From Octopus sinensis (taxonomy: Eukaryota): DNA of 64,000 nt. This document shows positions 62,962 to 64,000 of the stretch, piece by piece (the first letter of the stretch is position 1; each line of letters begins with the position of its first letter). The DNA lies in the NCBI RefSeq assembly GCF_006345805.1, contig NC_042997.1, forward strand, positions 140,368,001-140,432,000. Direction: 5' to 3'. A program made the translations under genes and the position numbers. Under the pieces are notes generated by a model, which ran no database searches, had not been told where the DNA came from, and saw nothing but the letters and a program-made list of their open reading frames with translations.

Positions 62962-63138
62962 GTGTGCCTCTCAGCTGGAGGTCTAAAAAGACATGTTAAG
63001 AGAGTGCATATGGTGGCACCTGTTCCTCTTGCCAGCCAGCACAGTTGTTTAGTATGTAATAAAATGTGTAAAAGCTTGGCCAAACTTGAAATTCATATAA
63101 GGGCCTCACATGGCAACAGTCATGAATCTTTTCAGTAA
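62962..63138 (+). pseudogene. C2H2 finger tail of the same RTE family as 25900-26430
   Basis: VCLSAGGLKRHVKRVHMVAPVPLASQHSCLVCNKMCKSLAKLEIHIRASH aligns with 26266-26420. Confidence 0.75.
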
Positions 63139-63243
63139 GTCATTTGACTGTGGCCTTGCAGTCACACACACAAAACATATCCAAACATCATGTGAATACT
63201 GTGCACATACATACATACATACATACATACATACATACATACA

Positions 63244-63275
<32 letters not shown>

Positions 63276-63636
63276 CACACACATCATAGTCATGTGTTGA
63301 GAGGAGTTCTTTGGGGTTTGGATGATTCACCTTTGAAAACATGGGTGTTTCGTTCAATATCTTTAAACAATCCTTATTCACTGACCTTTTGAGCGGGATA
63401 GGCTACTCGACCTGAAGAGAATTCTAACTGGGCCCCACCTGCAAATTCATGTGCTGTTTATCTTGATATGGAATCACCATGTCGCACACATACGATTGTG
63501 ATGCATGCGCCTGGTGTACCCTTATCAGACGGGTAGTCATGATGGGTATGCTGGACTTCGTATATTTTACCCCAATGTTTCACTCAATAATATAACAACA
63601 ACAACACTAATAATAATAGTAATAATAATAATAATA

Positions 63637-63679
<43 letters not shown>

Positions 63680-63930
63680 GGGGCATCATATGAACAGATA
63701 ACAATTTGTGAGGGAATTTACATATATAGTGGGGGAGAAAGAAATGGGAAAGGTAGTGAATGTGATAAAAGTACACAAAATATATAAAGTATGTAATATG
63801 TTCCGAAGGACTTTTGGACCAGGGCCCACGGATAATTTCCAGAAAGCACTGACCTAACAGTGCTACCGGAAGACTTAATCGGTCTAAGATAAGATAGGAG
63901 AAACTCCAGTTAGTACCCACAGATCCAAGA
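63680..63930 (-). mobile_element. Possible R4/Dong-like LINE 3' end abutting (TAA)n
   Basis: Weak VQKSFGTYYIL similarity to the QK..LLGT..IL C-terminal motif; followed by a (TAA)n tract at about 63600-63680. Confidence 0.35.
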
Positions 63931-64000
63931 TTACCCTGATCATCAAAAGTACAAGCCCTCTCTCAATATTTTCTTTATTAGCAACTAAGGATTGACAAAA

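Overview
A 64-kb AT-rich, microsatellite-saturated eukaryotic window made almost entirely of transposable-element debris. The SINE and repeat consensuses look like those I associate with octopus genomes (inference, not tested). No intact host gene is recognisable; only two weak minus-strand exon candidates were seen. Contents: at least 11 Helitron pieces, two Ty3/gypsy pol remnants (one with PPT and 3' LTR), Penelope-like (PLE) RT and GIY-YIG remnants, LINE fragments of several clades (CR1/jockey-like, RTE with C2H2 tails, L1/Tx1, RLE-type R4/Dong-like), a gag-like CCHC ORF1 with no ORF2, a decayed hAT transposase, mariner pieces, pogo/Tigger-type MITEs and about 30 tRNA-derived SINE copies of several families. 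Most ORFs in the supplied track are microsatellite artefacts. Most interesting: (1) four hammerhead ribozyme motifs, two with a complete type I fold (55128-55180 minus, 22552-22610 plus); (2) a 6.5-kb quasi-palindromic cluster of four composite Helitrons with an exact CTAG|TC head-to-tail junction, and mix-and-match 5'/3' Helitron ends across the window; (3) a SINE 3' tail resembling the 3' end of an L1/Tx1-type LINE in the same window; (4) RLE LINEs whose ends abut (TACA)n. All alignments and folds were done by eye and coordinates of decayed elements are approximate.
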